Of a DNA stretch of 64,000 bases, positions 49,820-64,000 are shown in pieces (position 1 is the stretch's first letter; every line of letters begins with the position of its first letter). The position numbers and the translations under genes are program-made. The notes beneath the pieces are model-generated. The model did no database searches. It saw only the letters and a list, made by a program, of their open reading frames with translations, and was not told where the DNA came from. Origin of the DNA: Okamejei kenojei. Taxonomy: Eukaryota. Location of the stretch: contig CM069135.1 of NCBI GenBank assembly GCA_035221665.1, positions 33,604,001 to 33,668,000 on the forward strand, written 5' to 3'.

Positions 49820-50070
49820 TTTCAAAAGTCAAAGTCAAAAGTCAAAAGAGTTTATTGTCATGTGTCCCTGACAGGACAATGGAATTCTTTCTTTGCATAG
49901 CACAACAGAACATAGTAGGCATTGACTACATTATATACGTAAATACACACATGAATGAATAAATTGATAAAGTGCAAATAACAGATGGAGGGGTATTAAT
50001 GTTCAGAGTTTTGTCCGAGCCAAGTTTAATAGACTGATGGCTGTGGGGAAGTAGCTATTCTTGAATTTGT
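49820..50070 (-). mobile_element. Rex1-type LINE 3' end
   Basis: Minus strand reads aatagctacttccccacagccatcagtct ... ccattgtcctgtcagggacacatgacaataaactc-(ttttgac)n. Confidence 0.75.
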
Positions 50071-50129
50071 GACTCAGGTGGGTTTTTGGAGGAAGGCCTG
50101 TGCCCTTAAAAACTGTGCAGCCTTCTCAC

Positions 50130-50562
50130 TAGGGTTGCCAACTGTCCCGTATTAGCCACGACATCCCGTATATTGTGCTAAATTTGTTTGTCCCGTATTT
50201 GACTGCTACCACTCTGGTCGAGGGGACTGTCGGGTCAGAGCGCCGCGTCTGGGCCCGCCTCATCCGTGGCCCCGTCGGTCGGCAGCCTGGCCAGCTGTCG
50301 GACCTTTACTTACCGCTGACACCATCACCCCTCCTTCTCAAGGCCAATCATCGGTTCATGAGTTGGATGGGGTGCCGGACTTTACGCCCAACGTCGCGCG
50401 GCCCAGGCCAAACTTCTCAGCTGGCCTGCCGGCTGGCTTTGTGTGCAGTCCAGCACCCGGGCCAACTCATCATTCACCCAGCCACGGGAGTTGCCGTCGG
50501 CAATTTATTCCTTATTTTGACCTTTTGTCCCTTAATTGGGAGTGAGAAAGTTGGCAACCCTA
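50130..50562. mobile_element. hAT-superfamily MITE (Blackjack/Tip100-like)
   Basis: TIR TAGGGTTGCCAACT at both ends. Perfect 8-bp TSD CTTCTCAC (50122-50129 and 50563-50570). Subterminal tgtcccgtat repeats. Confidence 0.92.
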
Positions 50563-50599
50563 CTTCTCACTGACATATCTTGCATTGTCACATTTCAGA

Positions 50600-50905
50600 G
50601 GTGGCACCTTGGCGCAGCTAGAAGAGCCGTCATCTCCAGTGACCCAGGAGTTGCACGTTACTCCAGTAATCACATGGGCTTTCCTTAGATTTTCAGTTTC
50701 CTGCCAAATCTCAAAGACGTGGAGTTTGGAGCTTAATTGATCACTAAAATTGTCCCTTTTATGTATGTGAGTGGTAGAATTTGAAGAAGAGGGGGTTGTT
50801 GGATTGGAAATAATATGGGTTAGGGTAGGATTAGTGTAAATGGATGCTAAATGTTGGTGCGGACTCAATGGGCTGAAGGCCTATTTCCATGCAGTGTCTT
50901 GCTAT
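50600..50905 (+). mobile_element. HE1-like V-SINE, diverged
   Basis: ggtggcaccttggcgcagctagaagag head, tgggctttcc...ctcaaagacgtg core, gggctgaaggcctatttcc tail. Confidence 0.7.
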
Positions 50906-52824
50906 GAAACAGTGGCTCAGCTTTGGTAATGCTTCTTTGAACATAAAGTGAGGTACACAAACACACAAGCAACCTTACACAAATACCTTTTTCTTTTTCA
51001 TCCTAAGAATGTTACACGGAACAGAGGATGTCTACTCACAAGACTGCACATAATGGTATACTGTTATCGGAGAGGAAAAGAAAATGAGTATTTTGAATCT
51101 AACTTGGGTTTCTGAGAATGTAAACTTTAGAAACTATCAGATTTTATTGAATGTTAATTTGCTGAGGAAATGGAGTAATAAGATAACACGTTCAAAGTAA
51201 ATTTGTTCACAGTAAGACCAAAAAAAATAGGAACAGAAGTGAGCAGTTTAGAAACATGTGTCTGCTCTGCTATTAAATAAGATCAAAGCTAATCTTTCAG
51301 TTCACCAGCAGTTTCCTGGACTAACATGATATTGCTTAATCCGCTTAAATAACAAATAAATCTATTGATCTTCACAATCGCACATGCACATATTCTCCCT
51401 AAAATACCGATCAGGATTTTACCATTGCAGTTAATATTAATCCGATTGATTCATTTCCGCTTTACAAAACCTCTGCCCTTTTTTCTATCAGATCCATACC
51501 TCCCTGGTAATAGAAGATGCCTGGTCATTATAACATTTGAAGTGCCAGAAAGGTCATTTAGTTTGGAAATGTAGATTACTATAATCACAGTGTCACATAT
51601 CATCTTCAAGCATCTTCATATACTTTATTATTGTCCCAAAGTCCCTTCAGCTCTTATCTTTTCCAGGTTGTCATTTAGCAAGTGCAGAAAATCTACATTA
51701 GCTCACAACCAGTGTATTTTGCAGGTCCTGCATATAACATGTCAACTTTAACCTCTGAGTCAGTTTCTAACTCCCGATGTGACCAAATTATTTATTACTA
51801 CCTGTGGCTCTAAGGCTGCCAAAGATCCTCAATGTTCTAACTTAAATACAGTCCATCCTGGCAGACATTCCAATTTTGGTAAAATGAACATTCAAGTCAT
51901 GGAAAAATGCCTAATGTGGGAAATTCTAGTATGTGGAGTAGGTTACAAACACCGACATCAAGCCTGGTCATGCCATCGCTCCTCATTATATAAAACAGCC
52001 AGCATATCCCACTGATTTCCTCTAAAGCACTCACCATTGACCAATATGGTAGTCACAAATTTCAGATTCTTCCACTCCATATTGGACAGACACGCACTCA
52101 AGGTCGATTCTCCATGTTTCCTCCATGGAAAAGATTTTTATCCAACTATTTCCCTTATTGAAAATTTGAGACTTGTTCCATTATTGACCAGATTCAAATA
52201 AAGGGATCTTAGTAATGACTGAGGCCATCCGCTTTTAATATCTCATCCCCAATTCTGACGATTTCCATAGATTCCATGTTATTGCACTTTGCTGCTTAAA
52301 ATCAGTGCAATATACACATTCTGTCTGAAAAATCAGACTAAAAATTGTGCTGAATAAGTACTAAACAACCTGTTGAGCAATGTAGAAGCGAGAAATGAAT
52401 CAAAAGGAAATAGTCACAACATAATTGTGATATTTAAATTTTGAAGGCGTGAAACATGAAGGCCAAATGGAGGCCTGCAGAATGAATAATTAAAAAAAAA
52501 ATAAATTAACACAGAAGAACTCAACTAAGGCTGCGTGCATTGTCCATTCAAATGGGATAATGCCTGTTTTTAATCCTGATCTATTTATACTCTGTGAGGA
52601 TAAATTGCAAAACCAATGCCATGTGCAGTAGTTAAAAATTAACCCAGCTTCTCAAAGCTACATGGGTATAAAAAAATCAAAAGCCAACATGTTTGCCCAT
52701 ACGTCCAAAACAATATTACATGGACTTCCAAATCAAATATCTCTAAGTGAATATTGCATTTGTCATTACAGCTGAATTCAGACTGAAGAAGCTTCATAAA
52801 AGTAAACAACAGCTCAACTTACAT

Positions 52825-53000
52825 TCAAGGACAGTTTATTGTCACATGAATCAACCAATTAAAAGGACAGTGAAATTTGAGTTACACACACAGCCATACT
52901 AAGTGAGAAAGCAACAAGTAACTCGCACTAAAGGTAACATTAACTCCAACACAGTGGATTCCACGTTTCCTCACTGTTGATGAAGGCAAAGTTGTTAAAG
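52825..53000 (-). mobile_element. 3' end of the 240-990 retroposon family
   Basis: tttattgtcac...tgaaatttga...acagtgga...tcactgttgatgaaggcaaag matches 260-420. Confidence 0.6.
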
Positions 53001-53019
53001 GTGACACAGGACAGTTATA

Positions 53020-53360
53020 TCAGGAAGATTGTTCCCGATGTGGGGAAGTCCAGGACAAGGTGTCACAGCTTAAGGATAAGAAGGAAATCCATTAGACCGA
53101 GATGAGAAAGACTTTCTTCACAAGAGAGTGGTGAGTCTCAGGAAACTCTCTGCAACAGAGGGTAGTTTGAGGCCGTTCATTGGCAATAAATTAAAGTGAG
53201 TTCGGATTTGGCCCTTGTTGCTAAGGGGCTCAGATGGTATAGAGAAGGCAGGTACCGGGATACTGAGTTGGATTATCAGTCCATGATCATATTGAATGGC
53301 GGTGCAGTCTCGAAGGGCAGAATGGCCTACTCCACCTAAATTCTAGTTTCAATGTTCTAA
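53020..53360 (+). mobile_element. CR1 subfamily A 3' fragment, indel-rich
   Basis: Collinear with 23710-23985. Confidence 0.85.
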
Positions 53361-54187
53361 GCAGTTCTGATGGGAGTTTGTGTATTTGGAATTTATATAT
53401 ACTGGGCATTTATTTACACTGTCATGTGAATTCCCTCCGCCAGCCCAATTTTTATAACCCTGAAACGAGTTCATCCATGTGCTTTGAGGGAAAAATTTTT
53501 TCTGAAGTTTGGAAAAATGCGATCCCTGAGGGACACTGATATATTATGGAACATGATGGAAGCAAAGGAGCACTGGCAGCTGGAGGCTCTACTGGATGTA
53601 GGAAGGTATTCCAAGTAGAGCCAGTCCATCCCAGTAGTTTGCTTGAGTGCAGGAGGTAAGGCCAGGCACTTCCCAAAGATCTTTCACGTGTTGTGCCCTT
53701 GGAGGAAGTATCTCAGCCAAAAAAAAAATGAAAGACATGTTGCAGCAAAGTCCTTCGCAATTCAACTAAGAAAATCTTTCCATTGTAACAAACCGTTTAC
53801 CATGGTTCAGAAATTTTATACCATTTGTAGTAAATCAGCATAATGAAAACAATTGAGGTATATAACACAGATAAAAATGAGGCACAATATAAAAAATGCA
53901 TGTAACACTTTGCTAAATCATGATTGCCATAGTGAGGCACGCATGCACAGAAACAGCTCCTTGTAAACTCAAAAAGGTAAATTACAAACCCAGTGTCTGA
54001 ACACTGAATGCTCCAATTCAAATGAAAATATCATAGAAACATAGAAAATAGGTGCAGGAGTATGCCATTTCGCCCTTCGAGCCAGCACCACGATTCAATA
54101 TTATCATGGCTGACATCGAACTCAGTATTCCCCCAACCTGCCTTTCTCTCCATACCCCCTGAACCCATTACCACAGGGCCACATCTA

Positions 54188-55841
54188 CAGTGGCTTGCAA
54201 AAGTATTCATACCCCCTTGATCTTTTCCAACATTAGCACACATTACTAACCAAAACTGTAAATGAAATTTAAATTGGGATTTTATGTGATAGACCAACAC
54301 AAAGTGGCGCATTAACTAGTGGGAAGGAAAATGATACATGGTTTTAATAATTTATAGTGTTTAAAAATAAAAAATGCAAAGTGTGGCGTGCAAAAGTATA
54401 CACAGCCCCCTATTCTGAAACCCCAATAATAAAAACCAGTTCAACCAATTGCCTTCAGAATTACACCTAATTAGTAAATAGAATCCATATGTGTAATCTA
54501 ATCTCAGTAAAAATACAGCAGTTCTGTGAAGGTCTTAGTATGTTTGTTTGATAGAGTACATTAGTGAACAAACAATGATCCTAGGGCATATCGTGAACCC
54601 AAGGAACACCAGATAGGTCACAGGATAAAGTTGTGGTGATAAGTTTAAAGCATAGTTATGTTACTAAAAAAATTAACCCAAGCTTGAAACATCTCACGGA
54701 AGCACTGTTCACCATCATCCGAAAATGGAAGAGATGGCACAACTGCAAACCAACCAGACATGGCCGACCACCTAAATGACAGGCCCGGGCAACGATGAAG
54801 CATTTTGACATAGAAGCAGTCACAGGCCGATGGAAACACTGGAGGGCTGCAGAGATCCACAGCTCGGTTGTAGAATCTACCACCAGGACAACAAACTAAA
54901 TAGTCGTACACCTCCACAAATGGACGGACTACTTTTATGAGAGTGGCAAGAAGAACGCCAATGTTGAAACAAAGCCCATAAGAGTCCCATTTGCAGTTTG
55001 CCACAAGCCATGGTGGGGACAACAGCAAACATGTGGAAGTGCTCTGGCTTGATGAGACCAAAATAGAAGTTTTTTAGCCTAAATGCAAAGTATGTGTGGC
55101 GGAAAACGAACATCTGCACATCACCCTGAACACACCATCCCACGTGAACATGGTTGTTGAAGCACTTATGTGGGGTATCTTGTCTTCAAGCAGGGACAGG
55201 GAAGCTGTATCCAGAGTTGATGGGAAGAGGGATGGAGCCTAATACAGGGCAATCTTGGAATAAACCCGTTATGATACTGCAAAGACTAGAGGCTGGGGCA
55301 GAGGTTCCCCTTCCAGCACGATAACGACCCTAAACATACAACCGACTACAATGGAAATAGATTAGATCAAGCATATCATATGTGTTAGAATGGCCCCGTC
55401 AAAGTCCAGACTAAATCCAATTGAGAATCTCTGGCAAGACTTGAAAAAATTGCTGTTCCCAAGACGCCTCCTCCCAATCTGACTGATCTGAGCTATTTTG
55501 CAAAGAAGAATGGGCATAAAAAAATCAGTACCCGAATTTGTGCAAAGCTTTAGAGACATACCCCAAAAGACTTTGCAGCTTGTAATTGCATCGAAAGGTG
55601 GATTCAACAAAGATATTGCCTCCAGGGGGGCAGAATACTTTTGCGCACGCCAAACTGTCGTTTTATATTGTAAAAAAAATTTGAAAACCATTTATCATTT
55701 TCCTTCCACTTCACAATTATGTGCCATTATTGTGTTTGGTCTATCACATAAAAAATCCCAAAAAATACATTTTGTTTGTGGGCGTTGTAATGTGACAAAA
55801 AGTGGAAAAGTTCAAGGTTATGAATAATTTTGCAAGCCATG
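54188..55841 (+). mobile_element. Full-length Tc1-family (Passport-like) DNA transposon
   Basis: TA|cagtggcttgcaaaagtattcat...tgaataattttgcaagccatg|TA. Inverted repeats of about 220 bp with an internal direct repeat gcaaaagtat; about 1.65 kb. Confidence 0.92.
54593..55620 (+). pseudogene. Tc1 DD34E transposase, frameshifted as assembled
   Basis: Fragments across frames: DKVV, IIRKWK..GTTAN.PRHGRPPK, TLEGLQRSTA, RVARR, SHGGD..NMWK, DETKIE, FQHDNDPKH, SPDLNPIENLWQDLK and LVIASKGG. Confidence 0.85.
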
Positions 55842-57064
55842 TAACTCCCACTTAATATAGGCCTGAAAGAGGCCTCAACTAACCTTCAGTGGCAGAGAAT
55901 CCACAGATTCACCACTCCTGTGTGAAAAAATAATTTTCTCATCTCGGACCAAGACTTCCCTTATCCTTTATTACTGTAAACCCTGTTTCTGGACTTCCCC
56001 ACATCGGGAACAATCTTCCTGCATCTAGCCTGTACAACCCTTTAAGAATTTTGTAAGTTTCTATAAGATCCCCCCTCAATCTTCTAAATTCTAGCGTATA
56101 CAAGCCGAGTCTATCCAGTCTTTCTTCATATGAAAGTCCTGACATCCCAGGAATCAGTCTGGTGAACCTTCTCTGTACTCCCACTATGGCAAGAATGTCT
56201 TTCCTCAGATTATGAGTCCAAACCTGTACACAATACTCCAGGTGTGGTCTCACCAAGACCCTGTACAATTGCAGTAGAACCTCCCTGCTCCTATACTCAA
56301 ATCCTTTTGCTATGAATACCAACATACCATTCGCTTTCTTCACTGCCTGCTGCATCTGCATGCCTATTTTCAATGACTGGTGTACCATGACACCCAGGTC
56401 TCGTTGCATCTCCGCTTTTCCTGATCAGCCACCATTCAGATAATAGTCTACTTTCCTGCTTTTGCCAACAAAGTGAATAACCTCACATTTATCCACATTA
56501 TACTGCATCTGCCATGCATTTGCCCACTCACCCAACCTTTCCAAGTCACCTTGCAGCCTCCTAGCATCCTCCTCACAGCTAACACTGCCCCCCCAGCTTT
56601 GTGTCATCCGCAAACTTGGAGATGTTGCATTCAATTCCCTCGTCCAAATCATTAATATATATTGTAAATAGCTGGGGTCCCAGCACCGAGCCTTGCAGTA
56701 CCCCACTAGTCACTGCCTGCCATTCTGAAAAGGACCCGTTTACTCCTACTCTTTGCTTCCTGTCTGCCAGCCAATTCTCTATCCACATCAATACTGAACC
56801 CCCAATACCATGTGCTTTAAGTTTGCATACTAATCTCTTATGTGGACCTTGTCGAAAGCCTTCTGAAAGTCCAGATATAACACATCCACTGGTTCTCCAT
56901 TATCCATTCTACTAGTTACATCCTCAAAAAATTCTATAAGATTCGTCAGACATGATTTATCTTTCATTAATCCATGCTGACTTTGTCCAATGATTTCACC
57001 ACTTTCCAAATGTGCTGCTATCCCTTCTTTAATAACTGACTCCAGCAGTTTCCCCACTACCGAT

Positions 57065-57880
57065 ATCCTACTATGTGCCCTCTTTCCCTTGCCATATTCC
57101 CTTCCCCACACCCCTCAGCACATATGCATTTACCACCCCAGTCACCTTCCTCCTTTCCCCCCAATCCCCCATATTTCCCCTACAACTCCCTTCTTAACCG
57201 TCCCCTTCCACCCATATCCCTCCCTCCAGCTTTACATTTCGCTCCTCCTCTTCTTTCCTTATGTGACACCCTTTTGTCTCCTTTCCACCTCTCGGCGTTG
57301 ACACTTATTCTACCCATCTTTCAGTCACCGCCCCATCACTTCACCTCTATTCATCTATCTATTGCTGGCCAGGCACTGCTCTGTTCCCTTTTCCAGATTC
57401 CCTTCTCCATCAGTATGAAGGGATCTGACCTGAAACGTCTGTCCATTCCCTCCGCAGATGCAGCCTGACCCGCTAAGTTCCTCCAGCACTTATTTATATA
57501 TCTTGACTAACTTGTTTTCTCCCTTTCTTAGTTCTGAAGGAGGGTCATCAGCCTGTTACATTTATCTTTCCTCACATGCTATCTGACCTGCTGAGTTTTT
57601 CCAGCATTTTTTATTATGATGTCAGAGTATGGTGGGGGTATTTCCAACATACTCAGTGTTTTGAACATCACTGTTCCAGCATGGCATTTCTTTCCTTCTC
57701 CTTTTCCTTAATTCACCTCTTACATTGTCTCCAGACAGATCAGCCACTATTAACAAGCCTGGACACCCTCCCTACCAGCATCACCCCCCACTCGTGTTAG
57801 CTGTTTGCCTCCAACCCACGGCTTCTCTGCAACTTAAAACAACATATTTCTACCTTCTCTCAGATCTGATGAAAGTTTAA
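57065..57880 (+). repeat. Cluster of degenerate Penelope 3' regions and terminal repeats
   Basis: Pyrimidine-rich tract followed by tgaagggatctgacctgaaacgtc...gcctgacccgctaagttcctccagc. Second remnant at 57530-57615. Confidence 0.6.
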
Positions 57881-58076
57881 ATAAGCTACTTCAATGTGGT
57901 CAGTGAAAGATGTTGAATGTATACCTCAGCCATAATCACATTGAATGGTGGTGCTGGTTTGAAGGACCGAATGGCCTACTGCACCTATTGTCTATTATCT
58001 ATTGTCATAATTATTCAAATTCTTTCAACTTGTGTAAATAGACTGAATTTACAAAATGCATTTGAGTCAATCATTA

Positions 58077-58205
58077 TTTATTATTCTCGGCAATGTAGCA
58101 GACATATTACAGTAATTTATTTGTTTGTTAAGTTATTTCCAGGGTAATATTGTTTTTTAACAAAGGACCTACTTCCATAGTTTAAGAATAAAAACTGAAT
58201 TTATT
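58077..58205 (-). terminator. Candidate EIPR1 polyadenylation signals
   Basis: Minus-strand AATAAA hexamers at 58200-58205, 58116-58121 and 58077-58082, all downstream of the stop codon. Confidence 0.55.
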
Positions 58206-58216
58206 GTGCTACAAAG

Positions 58217-58465
<249 letters not shown>

Positions 58466-59096
58466 CTAATGGGATACCACCTTCCACTACAAGATTTAGG
58501 AGTACTTATTGCATACCAGTATTGGTTATCTGAACTAAGCCACAGCACGAGCACATCAAAAAAATTACTGTTATCACAGTGTATTCATGAAGTCAGTGTT
58601 ATTCAGTTGTCTTTTGGAAGACCATAACTAATTGTATTATTTGACCAAAAGAAATAAATTTGATGGATACGTGACTACCTCCATTACGTGCAATTTTAAT
58701 TTGAATAAGTTTACGAATACGATCCATCCAATACATACCTTAAGAGGTAAGTTTCAGAAATTATATAATTTATATTGCACCGCAATGAGCTATCGTATGC
58801 CCAAAGGCAGAAAAGTATTTTCTACATAATAATGGGTCATGATGTAGTGTATTACAGGTTCTCATATAATGGAGGGGAATCCAAGTTTCATTCAGGTTCA
58901 GTATCCACACATAAAACTTCAATATATTTTCCTTTGGATCCCATCTCTCTCATCTCCTATGAACAATATTCATAAATTTTGTCCTCTGCAGCAAAATAAC
59001 TATTGGCCCTTTTTTTGCAGACTAATTCAATATGCAGTATTGTTTTCATTTCTCAGTAACACCCACTGAGGACAAAGACCCAATGTTGATCGGTAA

Positions 59097-59647
59097 AGGG
59101 GCTGTCCCACTTAGGCGATTTTTTCAACTGTCATAGTCATAGCAAGTCGCTGAAAAACTGGTGACTGGACCCCCCAATGACAATGTCTACGACAATGTCT
59201 ACAACAACCTACCACCTAGTCGACGGCAAGCTACTGACAACCGGCCACCCATTAGGACGTCCACACAAACGACAACCTACGTCGACCCGCGACAAACTAC
59301 GACCCTGTCGGCGACAACTTAACACAATTCAGTCGCCGGCACCTGCTGTTGGTTGACATAGGTAGTCGCGAATGGAATTCACCGAAATCTGCACCGGTGA
59401 CAACCCGACGACAACCTACGACAGCACCTACGTCAGGAGAAGTCAAGCTACGCTCATGGGCGTCAAGCCAACTGTCTCCGAAAAGTTTTGAACATTTCAA
59501 AATCCAGCGGCGACCAGAAAAACACTATGATTCTTTGGGCGACTGAGGAGACTACTCACGACCATACAGGCGACGCCCCGGCGACCATGTAGCGACAGCC
59601 TAGTCGCCTGTAGTCACCTAAAAAATCACCTAAGTGGGACAGGCCCA
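59097..59647. mobile_element. Harbinger-like MITE in the last EIPR1 intron
   Basis: TAA|aggggctgtcccacttaggcgatttttt ... aaaaaatcacctaagtgggacaggccca|TAA. 3-bp TAA TSD and many internal CGAC motifs. Confidence 0.88.
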
Positions 59648-60187
59648 TAACTCTTCACTCCCTCTGTGCAATATGTTTTTAGCAGGGAGAAAATAAAGGA
59701 ATAGCATAGTTGTGATTTTTTTCTTCCATTTTAAGACTGAAAGAAAATAAACACACAAAATACACAAAAGGAATGGAAGTAAATGAATATACAAATGAAG
59801 AACAAGAGTTCAAATTCCATTCTGTAAACTGAACACAAAATCTAACTTCTGTTCAGTTATAGAGAGAAATATTTTTGGCAGGAAACTTTCAGGTGTTTAT
59901 TAATCCAAGGCCCAGCTATCTGGTCAAGCGCACATAAAAGATCTTGTGGCATTACTTGGAGAGCAGCAAGGTTGTTGCATTGTGCCCACATTCATTTACA
60001 CCCCCCTAATCTAAGATGACACCTTTATTTTTAAAGCTACATTTTCTATTCCCACAAACTCAGATTGAAAGCTACATGTAACTCACAGAAATTATTTGTG
60101 TACAATAGCTGTTGATGCTGGTACAGAATGTCTCACATTTGTCTATAAAATGCTAGTCTTTCAGAGGTTATAATTAAGTGACAATTA

Positions 60188-61210
<1,023 letters not shown>

Positions 61211-62189
61211 CCCAATGAATCTAATGCTTGCTTGTACTGTTCATTGGTGAATTATTTTCACGAAGGCTGGATATTATGGCTGAGAATTTACTTTTGTGCT
61301 TGCTTCCAACAGTCCTGATCCAAATTGGGCCTTGGGCCTCATTTCCAGCAGGCCACAGATGCTTATCGGGCATCTCACTTGTGGAGCCCTTTTGAAAATG
61401 AGCAGAGCCAGGCTCCAAACTAAATTGCAGTTAAGAAAGCACCGAGCCAACAGAAGACATTGGATGCGTCAATCTGGCTGCAATCCATGGCATGCTTAAA
61501 GGACCCTGGGAGCAATTAAAACATGAATGCTAAAGTCAGAAATTTGATCAGTGAAGAATTTTAAGCAGTGGAGAAAGGATATGCTTTTTGGTACCTTCAT
61601 TATTTCTGGTGGTTTGTGTTAGCTTCAGGCAGCAATTTGTCTTAAAATTACCTGATACAGCTTGTATTTTTGAAAACAAAAGTTTACTTATTTAACATAT
61701 ATCGGAAAATAAATCAATTAGTATACTTACAATCACACGGTATAAAATCTTTGCACAGCGCCATTCAACTTTCATTTGCAATCTGATAGCACTGGTGAAC
61801 GCAGTGAGCATTTCCATGAACTGCAGCGTGCCTCTCCATATACAGGTGCAGGTAGGTGCACAAACATTGCTGATCGTGCACTGTGACATCAATCATTTTA
61901 TCTGCCTGCATTCAATCCCCAGTCTTTTGCCAGGTCCACTCTGGTCTTGACAGTATTCAGTCACAAACTGTTGATCAATTCCCAACCCAAGTGAAATCCT
62001 CATCCTGACCTGTCAAACCCCATTATCCCTTGATTCTCTTTCCATCCCCTTTGATCTGCAACATCTATTTTTCTTCCTGTCCCTATACTTCAACTGTGAG
62101 AAATTATAGAAGCAAAGGTTGTGGTATGAGTTGTGCACAAATGCATGTGGAGCTTTGCAGATTACCTATCCAACAAAGAAAGTTCATCG

Positions 62190-62680
62190 ATGGAGAGGGT
62201 CCAGAGGAGGTTTACGAGAATGATCCCAGGAATGAGTGGGTTAACATATGATGAGCATTTGACGGTGCTGGGCCTCTACTCGCAGGAGCTTAGAAGGATG
62301 AGGGGGGACCTCATTGAAATTTAATTAATAGTGAAAGGCTTGGATAGAGTGGATGTGGAGAGGATGTTTCCACGTGTGGGAGAGTCCAGGACCGGAGGTC
62401 ATGGCCCCAGAATAAAAGGACGTTCCTTTAGATGATGAGGAATTTCTTGAGTCAGAGGACAGTGAATCTGTGGAAGTAATTGCCACAAAAGGCTGTGGAG
62501 GCCAAATCAATGGATATTTTCAAGGCAGAGATAGATAGATTCTTGCTTAGTACGGGTGTCAGGAGTTATGGGGAGAAGGGAGGAGAATGGGGTTGGGGGA
62601 GAGTTAGATCAGCTGTGATTGAATGGCAGAGTAGACTTAACGGGCCGAATAGCCGAATTCTGCTCCTGTCACTTATGAAC
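62190..62680 (+). mobile_element. CR1 subfamily C 3' fragment in EIPR1 intron
   Basis: ERVQRRFTRMIPGMSGLTYDE...RRMRGDLIE. Confidence 0.88.
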
Positions 62681-62979
62681 ATGAATCCATTAGCAGTGAG
62701 CTCACTTTGGAGTCTGAGATGGCTGGGGAATGTACCACGGTTTCTAATGAGATATGTAACTTCAGCCACAGCACCTGCACAATACTATCTTGCTTTTGGG
62801 CAGAGAGTCAAAGATCTAAAAGTGAACAATTTAAAAAATTGAAATATTCATGGAGCAATTAGAAGCAGAATTATGGCTTATACTGCCACTAAAATCAGAA
62901 GCCATCAAAATATTTTGTTTTAAACACAACAGAAAAGGTAAAATAATATGATATTAATGGCAGTCTCCCAACCTCATGG

Positions 62980-63280
62980 CTATGTGGCACATTGGTATAG
63001 TGGAACTGTAGCTTCACAGCTTCAAAGACTCAGTTCAGTCCTGACCTCCTGTGCTATATGTGCGAAGGCTGCACATTTTCCATGAACACATAGATTTCCT
63101 CCAATTTCCTCTCGTATCACAACGTTTTTATTAAGGTTGGTGGGTAACTTAGCCATTGTACATTACAGTATGGAGGTTACAGAGAAAATTAAAAGAGGGA
63201 AATTAGATTGTTAGGAAATTAAAAGAGGAAATTAGATTGGGAAATTAGGAACTGACATAGACTCCATGGGGCAAGGAACA
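62980..63280 (+). mobile_element. Old HE1-like V-SINE
   Basis: gtggcacattggtatagtgg...cttcacagcttcaaagactcagttcagtcctgacctc head and a degenerate core. Confidence 0.55.
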
Positions 63281-63456
63281 ATAGTCTTCTCCATAACCAC
63301 AGTCAACAATTCTGAGGAAGAGGGAGCATTGGCTCTTATCATTCTAATCTACTTAAGCTCAACTTTCAGAAGGTAGACCCAACATATTTTTAATGATATG
63401 CACACCGAAATGAATGAGGCTGCAATGCCGATTGAGGAAATTAAGACAATTGCTTA

Positions 63457-63750
<294 letters not shown>

Positions 63751-64000
63751 TCAAATCGTACACCAAGGGAATTTCCCCTGATCAAGATCATGTCTCCGAA
63801 AGGGCAAGCTAAGTGAAGCTTGTCCATAAGAAGTAGTACATGTTTATATTTATTTGACTTTGTAGTAGGAATCTGTTTATGGAAATGTGGTACTTTATCC
63901 AGGTATTGAGAATGATGGCACCGACACATTTTTCATTTGATCTTTCCATCTTTAATGCAGAAGTTCTGAGTCAACCAGCTTCATGCTTGGATGCGAGGGA

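Larger units (their letters stand above)
54030..57065 (-). mobile_element. CR1 subfamily A (about 1.4 kb) split by a Tc1 insertion
   Basis: [41 protein letters not shown] and RPHLEYCVQ. The 3' UTR joins as gccacatcta|actccc across the Tc1. Confidence 0.92.

Overview
Vertebrate nuclear DNA, most likely a cartilaginous fish (skate/ray). This is inferred from the repeat complement: HE1/V-SINE-like SINEs, abundant CR1 LINEs, Penelope-derived repeats and SacSINE1-like DeuSINEs. The only host gene I can support is the 3' end of EIPR1 (TSSC1, WD40 protein): three minus-strand coding exons at 63458-63625, 60198-60365 and 58217-58388, with canonical GT-AG junctions that splice in frame. Everything from 1 to about 58,000 looks like repeat-rich DNA downstream of the gene. 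It contains at least four CR1 subfamilies, Rex1/Babar LINE fragments, Neptune-type Penelope elements, HE1-like SINEs, a full-length Passport-like Tc1, Harbinger-like and hAT MITEs, and several nested insertions. Almost all entries in the ORF track are chance ORFs or transposon fragments. I see no novel protein-coding system. The best leads are RNA-structural: (i) a minimal hammerhead-ribozyme-like core repeated in Penelope terminal repeats, and (ii) a GC-rich non-coding retroposon family with Rex1-type tails whose hairpins covary between copies. Some blocks look like unpolished long-read consensus, which limits pseudogene calls. Family names come from recognition, not database searches. Repeat boundaries are approximate unless a TSD or TIR is quoted.
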